A stretch of DNA of 64,000 nt from an uncultured Verrucomicrobiae bacterium (lineage in GTDB: Bacteria; Verrucomicrobiota; Verrucomicrobiia; Limisphaerales; JAFGQR01), in contig CAWBHS010000038.1 in assembly GCA_963788655.1 (NCBI GenBank), forward strand, positions 160,001 to 224,000. The letters are read 5' to 3'. Positions within the stretch are counted from its first letter, which is position 1. Each line of letters opens with the position of its first letter. Made by a program: the position numbers and the translations under genes. Under the pieces are notes generated by a model that was not told the DNA's origin, ran no database searches, and was given only the letters and a program-made list of their open reading frames with translations. Positions 1 to 10,243 of the stretch are shown here, in pieces.

Positions 1-283
1 GACGCACCCGCACCGCCAACCTAAAGAGGCGGAGCAGGGACAGAGTGGATCGGGTCCGCCTCCTTCCGTTGGTGGCTACAGTGCGCTCCTCCGGTCTTCG
101 ATTAGTGCTTTCCTCTCGGGCGCGCGTTTCCCTTCGGGCCGGCAGTGGCTGGCGGCGCTGTTTCTTGGCGCGGCATTTCCCGCGAGCGCATTTCAATTAC
201 CGACCGCCAACCGTGCTCTGCTCGATCCGCGTCACGAAGAGGAGTTTTACGTCGGCACCGTCGGCAAACCGTGGACCAGCGGC

Positions 284-1132
284 ATGTTTGGCTGCGTGCG
301 TACCAGCGGCTGGCAAATGCACGAGGGTCTGGATATTCGTTGCTTGCAACGCGATAAATCCGGCGAACCGACGGACCCGGTCCTCGCGACGGCCGATGGC
401 ACGGTTGTTTACATCAACGCGCGCGCGGCGCTCTCGACCTACGGCATTTACCTCATCATCCGGCACGTCGTGGAAGGCTTGGAAGTCTATTCGCTCTATG
501 CCCATTTGAGTGAGGTTCGTCCGGGCCTGAGCATTGGGCAAAACGTCCAATCCGGTGAGCCGATTGCGATCATGGGTCGCACGGCGAACACCCGGCAAAG
601 CATTTCCCGCGAACGGGCGCACCTGCACTTCGAAGTGGGGCTACTCCTCAACGATCGTTACGATCAATGGCACCACCACACCTACCCCAAAGGCGTCAAT
701 GACCACGGCGTCTGGAACGGATTGAACCTGGCCGGACTGGATCCGCGCCGGCTGCTGCTGGACCAATATCAGCAAGGACGGAACTTTAGCATGCTCAATT
801 TCGTGCGCTGTCAGACCGAGTTGTTTCGCGTGGTGGTCCGCGACATCCAATTCTCCTGGTTGCGGCGATATGCGGTCTTGGTGCAACTCAATCCGGTGGC
901 CCAGCGCGAGGGAATCGCCGGCTACGAAATCGCCTTCAACTTCAACGGAGTGCCGTTCCACCTTCTGCCACTCGCCCCGTCGGAAATCCCCAGCCGCCGC
1001 CGCGTGCAATTGCAATCGGTCAATGAGGACGAATACCGCCTGCGCCCATGCCGGAAGCTGGTGACCAAGAGCGGTGGCCGCTGGAAGTTGACCGCGAGCG
1101 GAGAACGCCTCATCGACTTGCTGACGTATTGA
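284..1132 (+). CDS. M23-family metallopeptidase
   Basis: HEGLD (HxxxD), YSLYAHL and AHLHFE (HxH) motifs. The frame stays open upstream (WLAALFLGAAFPASAFQLPTAN, signal-peptide-like), so the true start is probably earlier, ~80-150. Confidence 0.85.
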   Translation: MFGCVRTSGWQMHEGLDIRCLQRDKSGEPTDPVLATADGTVVYINARAALSTYGIYLIIRHVVEGLEVYSLYAHLSEVRPGLSIGQNVQSGEPIAIMGRTANTRQSISRERAHLHFEVGLLLNDRYDQWHHHTYPKGVNDHGVWNGLNLAGLDPRRLLLDQYQQGRNFSMLNFVRCQTELFRVVVRDIQFSWLRRYAVLVQLNPVAQREGIAGYEIAFNFNGVPFHLLPLAPSEIPSRRRVQLQSVNEDEYRLRPCRKLVTKSGGRWKLTASGERLIDLLTY

Positions 1133-1182
1133 GCGACGGACAAGGATGCGTCAAAGCCAGAAATAAGGCGGTCAGGCTTGGG

Positions 1183-1333
1183 CCAAATCCAAAATCCGAA
1201 ATCCGAGGGCCGAAAGAAGCTTGAAAGCCGAATCCAAAGGGCGGTGATTGAGACGCATCTGACCAGACGCGGTCGTCCCGGCGGGATTCGGATTTCGGAT
1301 TTTTCATGGATTTCGGCCTTCGGTCTTCGGATT
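1183..1333. repeat. Palindromic intergenic element of short tandem repeats (AATCCGA/TTCGGAT type)
   Basis: aaatccgaaatccga units are followed by their reverse complements ttcggatttcggattt. Confidence 0.7.
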
Positions 1334-1395
1334 TACTTCGAACCGCACTTCCCGCTTGCACGGGCTCGCCCGGCTCGTTATTTGTTGCCGGCATT

Positions 1396-2572
1396 ATGAA
1401 TTATCGCATTTCCAATCGTGCTGCTTCGCTGTCCCCGTCGCTCACGCTGGCTATTACCTCCAAGGCCAAGCAACTCAGGGCCGAGGGCCAGGATGTCGTC
1501 GGGTTTGGCGCCGGTGAGCCTGATTTCGATACGCCTCAGCACATCAAAGATGCTGCCGCCAAAGCCCTGGCTGAGGGCTTCACCAAATACACGCCGAGCA
1601 GCGGCATTCCCGAATTGCGCCAGGCCATTGTGGAGAAATTCAAGCGGGAGAACGGGCTGACCTACAAGCCCAACCAGATCATCGTCTCCTGCGGCGGCAA
1701 ACATTCTTGCTACAACGTGATCCTGGCCACCTGCCAGGAAGGCGACGAAGTGATCATTCCTTCGCCGTACTGGCTGAGTTATCCGGAAATGGTCAAGCTC
1801 GCCGGAGCCACGCCGGTGACGTTGGCCACGACCGATCAAGACGGAATTTAAAGTCACGCCCGATCAACTGCGCGCCGCGATCACGCCCCGGACGCGCCTG
1901 CTCATTTTGAATTCGCCGAGCAATCCGACCGGCTCGGTGTACACGCCTGACGAAGTCAAAGCCTTGGGCGACGTCTGCGTCGAAAAGGACGTGCTCATTA
2001 TGAGCGACGAAATTTACGAGCACCTGCTGTACGAGGGCGCCGTCCACAAAAGTGTCGCCAGCTTCTCGCCGGCGCACCAGGAACACACCATCATCGTCCA
2101 CGGCCTGGCCAAGGCCTGGAGCATGACCGGTTGGCGGCTGGGATTTTTCGCCGCGCCCGAACCGATTGCCAAGGCCATTGATGCCATCCAGAGTCACAGC
2201 ACCAGCAACCCGACCAGTTTCGCCCAGAAGGGCGGCGTGGTGGCCTTGACTGGTGGTATGGATCATCTCAAAGGTTGGCTGGCCGAGTTCGACAAGCGTC
2301 GCCGTTTTGCCCTCGAACAATTGAACAACATCCCGGGCCTCACCTGCTGTAAGGCTAAAGGCGCGTTCTATCTGTTCCCCAACATCAGTGGCACGGGCCT
2401 AAAGTCCGCCGAATTCTGCGACCAATTGCTGCAAACCGAGAAAGTGGCGGCCGTGCCGGGCATCGCCTTTGGCGCCGACGATTACCTCCGCCTCAGCTAC
2501 GCCACCAGTTTGGCAAACATCGAAAAGGGATTGGCCCGGTTGAACAAGTTTGTCCGAAGCTTGAGCAAGTAG
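1396..2572 (+). CDS. aspC: PLP-dependent class I/II (aspartate) aminotransferase, split by one frameshift near 1845
   Basis: GEPDF, KYT and PYWLSY in the first frame; [13 protein letters not shown] and [12 protein letters not shown] in the second frame. Probably a sequencing indel. Confidence 0.85.
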
Positions 2573-3031
2573 CCGCGACAAGTCACGGTTGAGCAGTCAC
2601 CCGACACAAGCTGTCGGGCTGGACGCCGACTACGCTTTGGGGGGTGCCGTTCGACCAGAAGATCTCCAAGTCCACTGGTGTGGAGTGTTGGCCCAGGCCG
2701 AAATGCAGTGGCCCAGCAGTTGCGGCGCATGGCCCGTGACGGCTCGGCAGGCGGGCGCGTGACGACGTCGGACTGCCGGCGCGAGGCGCGCCGGCGCACA
2801 GGGGGGGCGCCTGTGCGCCCCTCACGGTTGGGAGCGCGCCCGCCTCGGGCGCTGTCCACGGCGCCTCGCCGTGGACTCGAATGCCGCCCGGCACTGAAAA
2901 TTTTCCTGGGCATTCGACTACCGGGTCATTAGGATTCCTCCCGTTCTTTTGGTTTGCCACAAGCGGAAAGCTGCCAATCGTGTTCACCAACTGAGCCATG
3001 GAATTCGACAACACAGAAAATCAGCGTGCCC

Positions 3032-3355
3032 ATGGAACCGACTACCATCAATCTGACGGCGTCATCAAGCCCGACTCAGGACATCCTCAGCCTGGTCGCA
3101 ATGATCACCCTTGGAGTCACCGTTCTGGTTCATCTCATCGTTGCCATCGGAATCCTGAATGACTCGATGGAGATACAGCGACGAGGCGCTCGCCTGATGT
3201 TTTTTGGTGCTCTGACCTGGGCGTTTGTGGGACTCATGACGGGTGTGTTCGGGCTGCTGGCCTACTGGTTCATGCATCACTCTTCATTTCGCGCGGCAAG
3301 TAGTTCTCCGGCTACGGTTGGCGAACATAAAGAATGTGCAGAGCGCGTAACTTAA
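3032..3355 (+). CDS. Small hypothetical membrane protein (2 TM segments)
   Basis: Two hydrophobic stretches; ATG at 3032. Confidence 0.6.
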   Translation: MEPTTINLTASSSPTQDILSLVAMITLGVTVLVHLIVAIGILNDSMEIQRRGARLMFFGALTWAFVGLMTGVFGLLAYWFMHHSSFRAASSSPATVGEHKECAERVT

Positions 3356-3372
3356 GCAGCTATTGGAAATCC

Positions 3373-5211
3373 ATGCGCAAAACACCTCCAATCACCCTGT
3401 TGTGCCGCGGAGCTATAATTGCGGCGGCGTGGGCAATTCCCTTAGCCGCCCGCGCCGACATGATGGCCGATTCGCCGGTCACGTTTCCCGCGAAAGGCGC
3501 ATTGCCGGCGAGGTATGCGCCCGATCGGTCGTTGCGAACCAACGAGGCGACCGAAGCCGGCTATTACATCTTCCCCACGCCGGAACGGTCATTGGCCCAA
3601 ATCCGGCAAATCCAATCCGAGATGCCGGCGGGCAAATTCACTCCGCCGCCCCCGGATTGGGCGTATATGCATCGCACCCGACGAATGCTGATTGAAGGCG
3701 GCGAATTGCGTCTGTTGGCGTTGGGCGACAGCATCGTCAACGATACGATGCGCTCCGGTTGGGTGGCTTTGCTGCAGGAGGCTTACCCGAAGGCGAACAT
3801 CACGGCCACGGTTTATGTGCGCGGCGGCGGGGGCTGCCAGCATTACCGGGAGGAAGAGCGGATTGCGAAAAACGTTATCCCGCGCAAGCCGGACCTGGTG
3901 TTCATCGGCGGCATCAGTCAGAAGAGGATCGCCGATATCCGCGAAGTGATCCACCAGTTACGCGCCGGTTTGCCGGAGGTCGAAATCCTGCTGGCTACCG
4001 GCGCATTCGGAACGGCCGATCCGCGCGATCCGAAGGCGTTGGCGAAGGCTGGCCATTCGGGCACCGGAATTTATGGCGCCGCGCTCAAGCAGTTGGCGGC
4101 CGAGGAACGTTGCGCCTACCTGGACATGACCGCCCCCTGGGCTGAATATATCCGGTCCTCCGGCCTCCACCCGCACCGGTTCTATCGCGACGTGGTTCAC
4201 GCCAACGAGTATGGCGAACAAATCCTGGCCAAAATCCTGATGGCATTTTGGAAGACGGACGGTTTCCAGATCGAGGAGAGCGACGAGCGAATCACCCTGC
4301 GCGGCGAAGCGTTGGAAGCATGCATCAGGAAAAAGGGCTACGTCAGTGGGATCGAGGGCGGCACGTTCCTCGACCAGCAAACCGGCGTGCGCGACCACAG
4401 CTTTGGCTTGGACATCCAGGATTGGATCATGGAGCCGGGCAGCGACGCCGCGTATCGCGACCAACTGCCCGGCGATTTGCGGTATGACTTCAACAATCTC
4501 GTGCATGGCCGGCGGGCAAAACGCAGCATCGAAGGACCGCAGATTTGCACACAGGCCAAGGAACTGACGCCGCGGGTGATCGAAGGCGCGGACTTCGTCG
4601 CTATCGAGCAAAGTTGGGAATACCGTCTCGCGGCTCCTGGCAAACAAGTTGGCTCCGCGTGGCAACAAACGTTGGTGTTCCCCGCCCGCAAGCGTTATTT
4701 CCTTTCGTCGGATCGCATCCTCAGCCGCAATTCCGGCGCGGCGATCTTCTTCCGCCAGGATATGCCCGGCCACATCAAACACCACCGGGGCGACACGTTC
4801 AGCGAGATTTACCTCAGCTATCGCGGACGCATTCCCGCCAGTGAGTTCTTTACTAATTTTCCGCCCGACGAAAAATTCAATTACCGCCGCGACCGCGATG
4901 GCGTGCCCCAGCGCATGATTCGCGCCGTTCACCTTCGCGACCCCCAGACCGGCGCCGCCGGCCCGTGGCTGGCCGGGATGACGCTCAATCCCGCCGACAC
5001 CTCGGAAGCGTGGTGCCATCAACGCGGCTACGTGTGCATGATTCACGAGGTCGGCGAACGGCCCATCAAGGCTGGGGAATCCTTTGGCGCGGCCTACGTC
5101 GTCGGATATTTCGATTCCATCGCGGAGATGGAAAAGGTCTATGACGAATACCACGGCGCCAGCGCCATTGAAGTGACGACCAATGGCTGGTGGTTGATTC
5201 CGGACAAGTGA
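3373..5211 (+). CDS. Secreted SGNH/GDSL-like hydrolase fused to an uncharacterised C-terminal domain
   Basis: Signal peptide; LALGDSI block I and DVVHAN (DxxH) block V; ~310 further residues of unknown function. Confidence 0.7.
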   Translation: MRKTPPITLLCRGAIIAAAWAIPLAARADMMADSPVTFPAKGALPARYAPDRSLRTNEATEAGYYIFPTPERSLAQIRQIQSEMPAGKFTPPPPDWAYMHRTRRMLIEGGELRLLALGDSIVNDTMRSGWVALLQEAYPKANITATVYVRGGGGCQHYREEERIAKNVIPRKPDLVFIGGISQKRIADIREVIHQLRAGLPEVEILLATGAFGTADPRDPKALAKAGHSGTGIYGAALKQLAAEERCAYLDMTAPWAEYIRSSGLHPHRFYRDVVHANEYGEQILAKILMAFWKTDGFQIEESDERITLRGEALEACIRKKGYVSGIEGGTFLDQQTGVRDHSFGLDIQDWIMEPGSDAAYRDQLPGDLRYDFNNLVHGRRAKRSIEGPQICTQAKELTPRVIEGADFVAIEQSWEYRLAAPGKQVGSAWQQTLVFPARKRYFLSSDRILSRNSGAAIFFRQDMPGHIKHHRGDTFSEIYLSYRGRIPASEFFTNFPPDEKFNYRRDRDGVPQRMIRAVHLRDPQTGAAGPWLAGMTLNPADTSEAWCHQRGYVCMIHEVGERPIKAGESFGAAYVVGYFDSIAEMEKVYDEYHGASAIEVTTNGWWLIPDK

Positions 5212-5268
5212 AAATCGAACCGGCGGAGTTGACGACCGGGAATTCGGCGTGTAGAAACCTCCCGGTTC

Positions 5269-5991
5269 ATGAAAAACATCGGCACACCTAAATACCGTCG
5301 CATCCTTCTCAAACTTACGGGCGAATCACTGGGCGAAAAAAATGGTGTCGGCATTTCTCCGGCGGCGGTCAATCGGATGGCCGAGCAAATCCGCGAGGTC
5401 CAGGAATTGGGGGTCGAAGTGGTGGTCGTGATCGGCGGGGGAAACATCCTCCGCGGAATGTCAGCCAGTCAGAAAGGCATCGAGCGAGCTACGGCCGATT
5501 ACATGGGCATGTTGGCTACCGTCATCAATGCGCTCGCCCTCCAGGATGCGCTGGAACGGATGGGCATTTCGACCCGCGTCCAGAGCGCCATCACCATGCA
5601 CCAGATTGCCGAGCCGTTCATTCGCCGGCGCGCGGTCCGGCACCTCGAGAAAGGACGCGTGGTGATCTTTGGTGGGGGTACCGGCAATCCTTACTTTTCG
5701 ACGGATACCGCTGCGGCCTTGCGCGCCAATGAAATTGCGGCCGATGTCATTCTTAAAGGCACGAAAGTGGACGGCGTGTACGACAAGGACCCGAAAAAGT
5801 TTCCCCACGCCAAGCTTTACGCCAAGGTGAGCTATCTCGAAGCGTTGCGAAAGCAGCTCAGGGTGATGGATTCAACCGCCTTCACCCTGTGCATGGACAA
5901 CAAAATGCCTATCATCGTCTTCAATATGTTCAAGCCTCACGTTTTGCGACGGGTGATTTTGGGCGAGCTCGTGGGCACAACGGTCACTTAA
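5269..5991 (+). CDS. pyrH: UMP kinase
   Basis: [52 protein letters not shown]. Confidence 0.97.
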   Translation: MKNIGTPKYRRILLKLTGESLGEKNGVGISPAAVNRMAEQIREVQELGVEVVVVIGGGNILRGMSASQKGIERATADYMGMLATVINALALQDALERMGISTRVQSAITMHQIAEPFIRRRAVRHLEKGRVVIFGGGTGNPYFSTDTAAALRANEIAADVILKGTKVDGVYDKDPKKFPHAKLYAKVSYLEALRKQLRVMDSTAFTLCMDNKMPIIVFNMFKPHVLRRVILGELVGTTVT

Positions 5992-6007
5992 TAGCCTGGC
6001 CTAACAC

Positions 6008-6037
6008 AGAAAAACCGGCCTCGAAATCGAGGCCGGT
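6008..6037 (-). terminator. Intrinsic terminator between convergent genes
   Basis: Stem accggcctcg/cgaggccggt (6014-6037), with an A-run on the left that forms a U-tract on the minus strand. Confidence 0.7.
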
Positions 6038-6077
6038 GGGCATTCTAAATGGTTTTCGGAAATAGTGGTTTGCTCGC

Positions 6078-6863
6078 TTATTCGGTAGGCTGTGCGTAAT
6101 TGCGGGCGCCTTCTTGCACAATGCCCGAATCTGCCGGGGAGGTTTCGGTAATGGTGTCAGGAAAGACCTTGAACGGCGGCCCCGGAGTGGGCGGAGGAGC
6201 CGGAATGAATTCGGGACGGAAATCTGCTGTGTTATTCGCCAACTCCAGTTCGACCGGTTTTTCTTTTTCCGGCGTCAACTTGTCGGCCTTGTTGATGAGG
6301 TCGGAAAGCGTGGTCGGCTGATTCCCGGATTGTTGGGCGGCTTCCAAAATGTAAGGCTTCAGCGTGGGGATCGCCAGCGTGACGGCGCCCAGAATCTCGC
6401 TGCTGGAATGGGGAACCGCGCTGGCCACGGACGTTGCCACCGTTTTATAGCTGGTCGGGAGCCCCTTGCACACCGAGTAAACGATCCGCCAAGCCTGTTT
6501 CGGAGCCGCCGCCGCGGCCGCTTTGGAAATGGGGCCGACCTGCTTGGGTTGAAGCATCGCACCTCGCGCCGCGGCAATCGGGGCCATGTCCGGGACCAGC
6601 TTGGAAATTTCAGCCACCACGGCCGCCGTCACCGCCGGGTGCGTCGCCACGACGGCGTCCACGACCAGCACGGTGGTCAATTCTTTCGCCGCTTGGGGTG
6701 CTTTGATTACCAATCCCGCGCATTGAGTCGGCAGATCCAGTGGTTTGCTGGTGCTGAGCATTTCCTTATATGGGTTCGTCTTCGCCGGCTCCTTGGCAAA
6801 CGTGTTTGCGGTCGTCACCGATAGTGATACCGCAAGACAAATGAACAATTGGATGGTTCTCAT
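6078..6863 (-). CDS. Secreted Ala/Pro-rich hypothetical protein
   Basis: N-terminal signal peptide, Ala-rich helical core, Pro-rich tail. Confidence 0.7.
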   Translation of the reverse strand: MRTIQLFICLAVSLSVTTANTFAKEPAKTNPYKEMLSTSKPLDLPTQCAGLVIKAPQAAKELTTVLVVDAVVATHPAVTAAVVAEISKLVPDMAPIAAARGAMLQPKQVGPISKAAAAAAPKQAWRIVYSVCKGLPTSYKTVATSVASAVPHSSSEILGAVTLAIPTLKPYILEAAQQSGNQPTTLSDLINKADKLTPEKEKPVELELANNTADFRPEFIPAPPPTPGPPFKVFPDTITETSPADSGIVQEGARNYAQPTE

Positions 6864-7029
6864 ATCTCGTCTTTCTTCAGGCCGTTTGTATCGGCCTTAT
6901 GTAACAGAGAGCACGGCTCCCGTCAATTTAATTTTTCCCGAATTCAAATCGGGCTTTGGAGAACCAAAGCGGAAGATTACACCCCCGAAGGAACTCCCGA
7001 GATTTGCCGGCTGAGAGGCGCTGAGAGGA

Positions 7030-7403
7030 TCTTCCGCGTCAAACTTTCTCAGGAGACACTCCGTCCTTTGCTGCGGGAGTTAAAGCAGAAGTCATCCTCG
7101 GCAACCCGGCCGGAGTCCCAACCAACAACCGCAGAGGGTCTCCCACAGTTGGGCCAGAATGCTTCTGATGATCAACCTCTTAGCCCGCCGATATGGGAGA
7201 AGGCTTGCGATTGTCCGCCGGCCGATGGGGAGCGAGAGCCGGAGACGAGTTGGCCGCTGGAAGCGGTGCCACAGACCCTGTGGTGTAATCACATTGGCCT
7301 GCTGCTGTTGGCGCCGGTCGTGGATCCGCCGCAAGCCCTCCTCAAGCAGTGGCTGGCCAGCTTGGGCGCCCTGAACATCGAGCAGACCAAGTTCCGATTT
7401 TGA
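7030..7403 (+). pseudogene. Possible transposase or hypothetical gene remnant
   Basis: Truncated peptide WCNHIGLLLL...LLKQWLASLGALNIEQTKF with no clear start, beside the tRNA 3' end. Family assignment is tentative. Confidence 0.3.
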
Positions 7404-7514
7404 TGCGGGATTCTGGGAATGAAAATGTGGCGGCAAGGCTTTGGAACGAATGATGAGCGGGTTGCCGCCACATGTTCGTTCCTGTGACAAGACATGGTTG
7501 TTACGGAGGGAAAA

Positions 7515-7591
7515 TGGGGTGACCGACGGGACTCGAACCCGCGACAGCCAGAACCACAATCTGGAGCTCTACCAACTGAGCTACGGCCACC
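7515..7591 (-). tRNA. tRNA-His (GTG)
   Basis: Reverse complement GGTGGCCGTAGCTCAGTTGGTAGAGCTCCAGATTGTGGTTCTGG...GGTTCGAGTCCCGTCGGTCACCCCA; G-1 present and CCA encoded. Confidence 0.97.
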
Positions 7592-7843
7592 AACCGTGCG
7601 AGGAACGCTAGATTCCCCGCCGAAAACCGTCAAGCCCAACGTAATCCTCGACAGCAAACCGAGACTTCGGCGAAAACCCTGCCGGGAATGACCAAGATCC
7701 AATGGCCGATGACCAGAGAACGATCAAGGCACAATGCCCGTCGGGCCCGGGGGAGAGTGCTTGATTTTGATGGGTGCTTGGGGACTTGGGGACTTGGTCA
7801 TACGCGGTTGCTTGGGTGTCGGCCATTGGTCCTTCCTGCGCGG

Positions 7844-8947
7844 TCACCACGTTTCCACCGGCCCCTTGGGCACCGGGATGCTAACGGGGCCGGGCGCGTT
7901 TTCTTCGGCCATGAAGGAGGCAACCAAGGGCGGCGGACGGAACTGTGGTTTCAGTTCGCCCGATTCATCCAGGAACTGCTGACGCCAATGCAGGTAGTCG
8001 GCGAGAATTTCCTGAAGTTCTGCACGGCAGGACAACAACACGACGCGCTTCTTGAATTCCACGGCGGGGCCGAACCGTTTGGCATACCAAGGCGCCACCT
8101 TGCGAAACATCCGACAACCCAGTTCTTCGCCAAATACCTCGACCATCAGGTCCAGATGCCGGCCCATCACGCGCACGCGTTCGGCAAACTCCGGCTCCGG
8201 CAATAACTCGCCGGTCATCAGATAATGTCCGGTCTGCTGAAAAATCCAGGGGTTGTAGAAGGCGCCCCGGCCGATGCTGACGCCCGCGCACCCGGTTTCG
8301 TCCATCATCCTCCGCGCCGCGGTGGGCGTGGTGACATCGCCGTTGCCGATAACCGGGATGCGCTTCACCGCCTGCGTCACCGCGCGAATGCCCGCCAAGT
8401 TGACGGTGCCGCCAAAGCCCTGTTCACGGGTCCGTCCGTGAACAAACACCGCCGCCACGCCCACGTCTTCCAATGTGCGCGCCAAATCAGGCGCGGTGAT
8501 GTTCTGATTATCCCAACCCAAGCGCATCTTGGCGGTCACGGGTATCTTGACGGCTTCCACCATGCCTTTGACCAGGCGCGCGGTTTGGTCCAACTCGATC
8601 ATCATCGCCGAACCGCCGCCGACCTTGCAAACCTTGCGCACTGGGCAGCCCATGTTGATATCCACCGAAGCCAGTCCCAAGGATTCCAACAGGCTGGCCG
8701 CGTCGCGCATCTCTTCCGGCACGGAACCAAATAACTGGGTGGCGAGCGGCCGGTCCGCCGGCCGGCTCTCAATGAGCTTGAACGCCTTGGGTCTTTTTTC
8801 TAATAGCGATCGGGCATTGACCAAATCCGTCGTGGCCAGTCCCAAGCCACCAATTTCACGCAGCACCAACCGGAACGGCAGGTTGGTGTAGCCCGCGAGC
8901 GGGGAAAGGAACAAGCTGGATTCAAGTTCAAGCGATCCGAAACGCAT
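7844..8947 (-). CDS. dusB: tRNA-dihydrouridine synthase
   Basis: LSPLAGYTN, DINMGCP, KMRLGW, VHGRTR, IGNGDV, IGRGA. Confidence 0.92.
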   Translation of the reverse strand: MRFGSLELESSLFLSPLAGYTNLPFRLVLREIGGLGLATTDLVNARSLLEKRPKAFKLIESRPADRPLATQLFGSVPEEMRDAASLLESLGLASVDINMGCPVRKVCKVGGGSAMMIELDQTARLVKGMVEAVKIPVTAKMRLGWDNQNITAPDLARTLEDVGVAAVFVHGRTREQGFGGTVNLAGIRAVTQAVKRIPVIGNGDVTTPTAARRMMDETGCAGVSIGRGAFYNPWIFQQTGHYLMTGELLPEPEFAERVRVMGRHLDLMVEVFGEELGCRMFRKVAPWYAKRFGPAVEFKKRVVLLSCRAELQEILADYLHWRQQFLDESGELKPQFRPPPLVASFMAEENAPGPVSIPVPKGPVETW

Positions 8948-9162
8948 CAGGGGCGTTTAATCCAACTGGCCCGCTCAAGCAAGCCCCCAGCTTTCCGTCG
9001 CCTCCAACGGCGCCGGCGAACGCGGCGGCGGCGGAGAGCGGCCGACATTCGCGCGCACGTTATCCTTCCGTTTCTGCCGGCGGGACGCCGGCAGCACGTT
9101 GGCGCGCAGGTGGCCAAATAACGCGCTTGCGATTCGTAACGGCTTAAGGAAAAATTAGCGCA

Positions 9163-10242
9163 ATGATGAGTTTGCGTGTTAGTTCGTTGATCCGTTTCCT
9201 GACCGTGCCCGGCGCGGTCATGCTCGGATTGCTGCTCCTGGCCGGCTGTGGCCGGGACGAGGTGCGCGTTCAGCAAGTGCCAAAGGAACGGGCGCTTTCA
9301 TTCGCTCAGGATGCATCCGCTCCGCAATCCACGGCGGCGTCTCCCGGCATTTCCTGGACGGTTCCCCAAGGCTGGACGGATCAGGGCGCCAGCGGCATGC
9401 GCGCAGGCAGTTTCGCAGCTACCGGTCCTAATGGCGACAAGGTGGACATCTCGGTCATTGCGCTGCAAAGCTGGACCGGGCAGGAATTGGGTAATGTGAA
9501 TCGCTGGCGCGGCCAGGTGGGCTTGGCGCCCATCAGCGACGCCGAACTGCCCAAGGAAACCACCCAACTGCAAATCGCCGGCCACCCGGCCTTTCTGTTC
9601 GACATGGCCGGCACGCCGCCCGGCGACCAGAAATCCACGCGCATTATTGTAGCGGTCTTACCCTTGCCGGCGGTTGCCTGGTATTTCAAAATGACCGGTG
9701 CCGATGCCCCGGTGGCCGAACAGAAACCGGCTTTCCTTGAATTTCTAAAATCCGTGACCTTCGGCCAGGGCGCCGCTCCCGGCAATATGGCTTCCGCTCC
9801 CCCGGAAACGGCCATGGGCGAGGGGTCGGCGGCCAATTTGCCCCAATGGACCGTGCCGGAAAACTGGAAGCAAGAAGCCCCAAAGCAGATGCAGGAGGCG
9901 CGTTTTTCCGCCCCCGGCCCCGACAATACCGAGGCGGAAGTATCATTCGCTGTGTTGGGCGGCACCGGGGGTGGCGTCTTGGCCAACGTCAACCGCTGGC
10001 GTCGCCAACTGGGGATGGAACCAGTCGATCAAGCCGGCTTGGGGAAAATCACGGCCGCCCTTGACGTTCCCGCAGGAATTGCCACTTTAGTAGATATGAC
10101 GGCTGAAGCTAAACAGACTCGAATTGTTGCCGCGATTGTCCCGCGCGGCAACGCGACGTGGTTTTTCCGGCTCTCCGGCCCCAGTTCCGCGGTAGAGACT
10201 CAGAAGGCGGCCTTTGTGAAATTCGTCAAGTCCGCCCAATAG
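9163..10242 (+). CDS. Lipoprotein with a duplicated NVNRWR domain, upstream of cytochrome c biogenesis genes
   Basis: Lipobox LLAGC; two internal repeats (GNVNRWRGQVGL and ANVNRWRRQLGM). Confidence 0.75.
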   Translation: MMSLRVSSLIRFLTVPGAVMLGLLLLAGCGRDEVRVQQVPKERALSFAQDASAPQSTAASPGISWTVPQGWTDQGASGMRAGSFAATGPNGDKVDISVIALQSWTGQELGNVNRWRGQVGLAPISDAELPKETTQLQIAGHPAFLFDMAGTPPGDQKSTRIIVAVLPLPAVAWYFKMTGADAPVAEQKPAFLEFLKSVTFGQGAAPGNMASAPPETAMGEGSAANLPQWTVPENWKQEAPKQMQEARFSAPGPDNTEAEVSFAVLGGTGGGVLANVNRWRRQLGMEPVDQAGLGKITAALDVPAGIATLVDMTAEAKQTRIVAAIVPRGNATWFFRLSGPSSAVETQKAAFVKFVKSAQ

Positions 10243-10243
10243 A

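Noticed and set aside
1840..1860. Programmed frameshifting in aspC (also ccsA, GH20, beta-helix gene)
   Set aside because: No consistent slippery site or stimulatory structure; scattered indels fit sequencing error.
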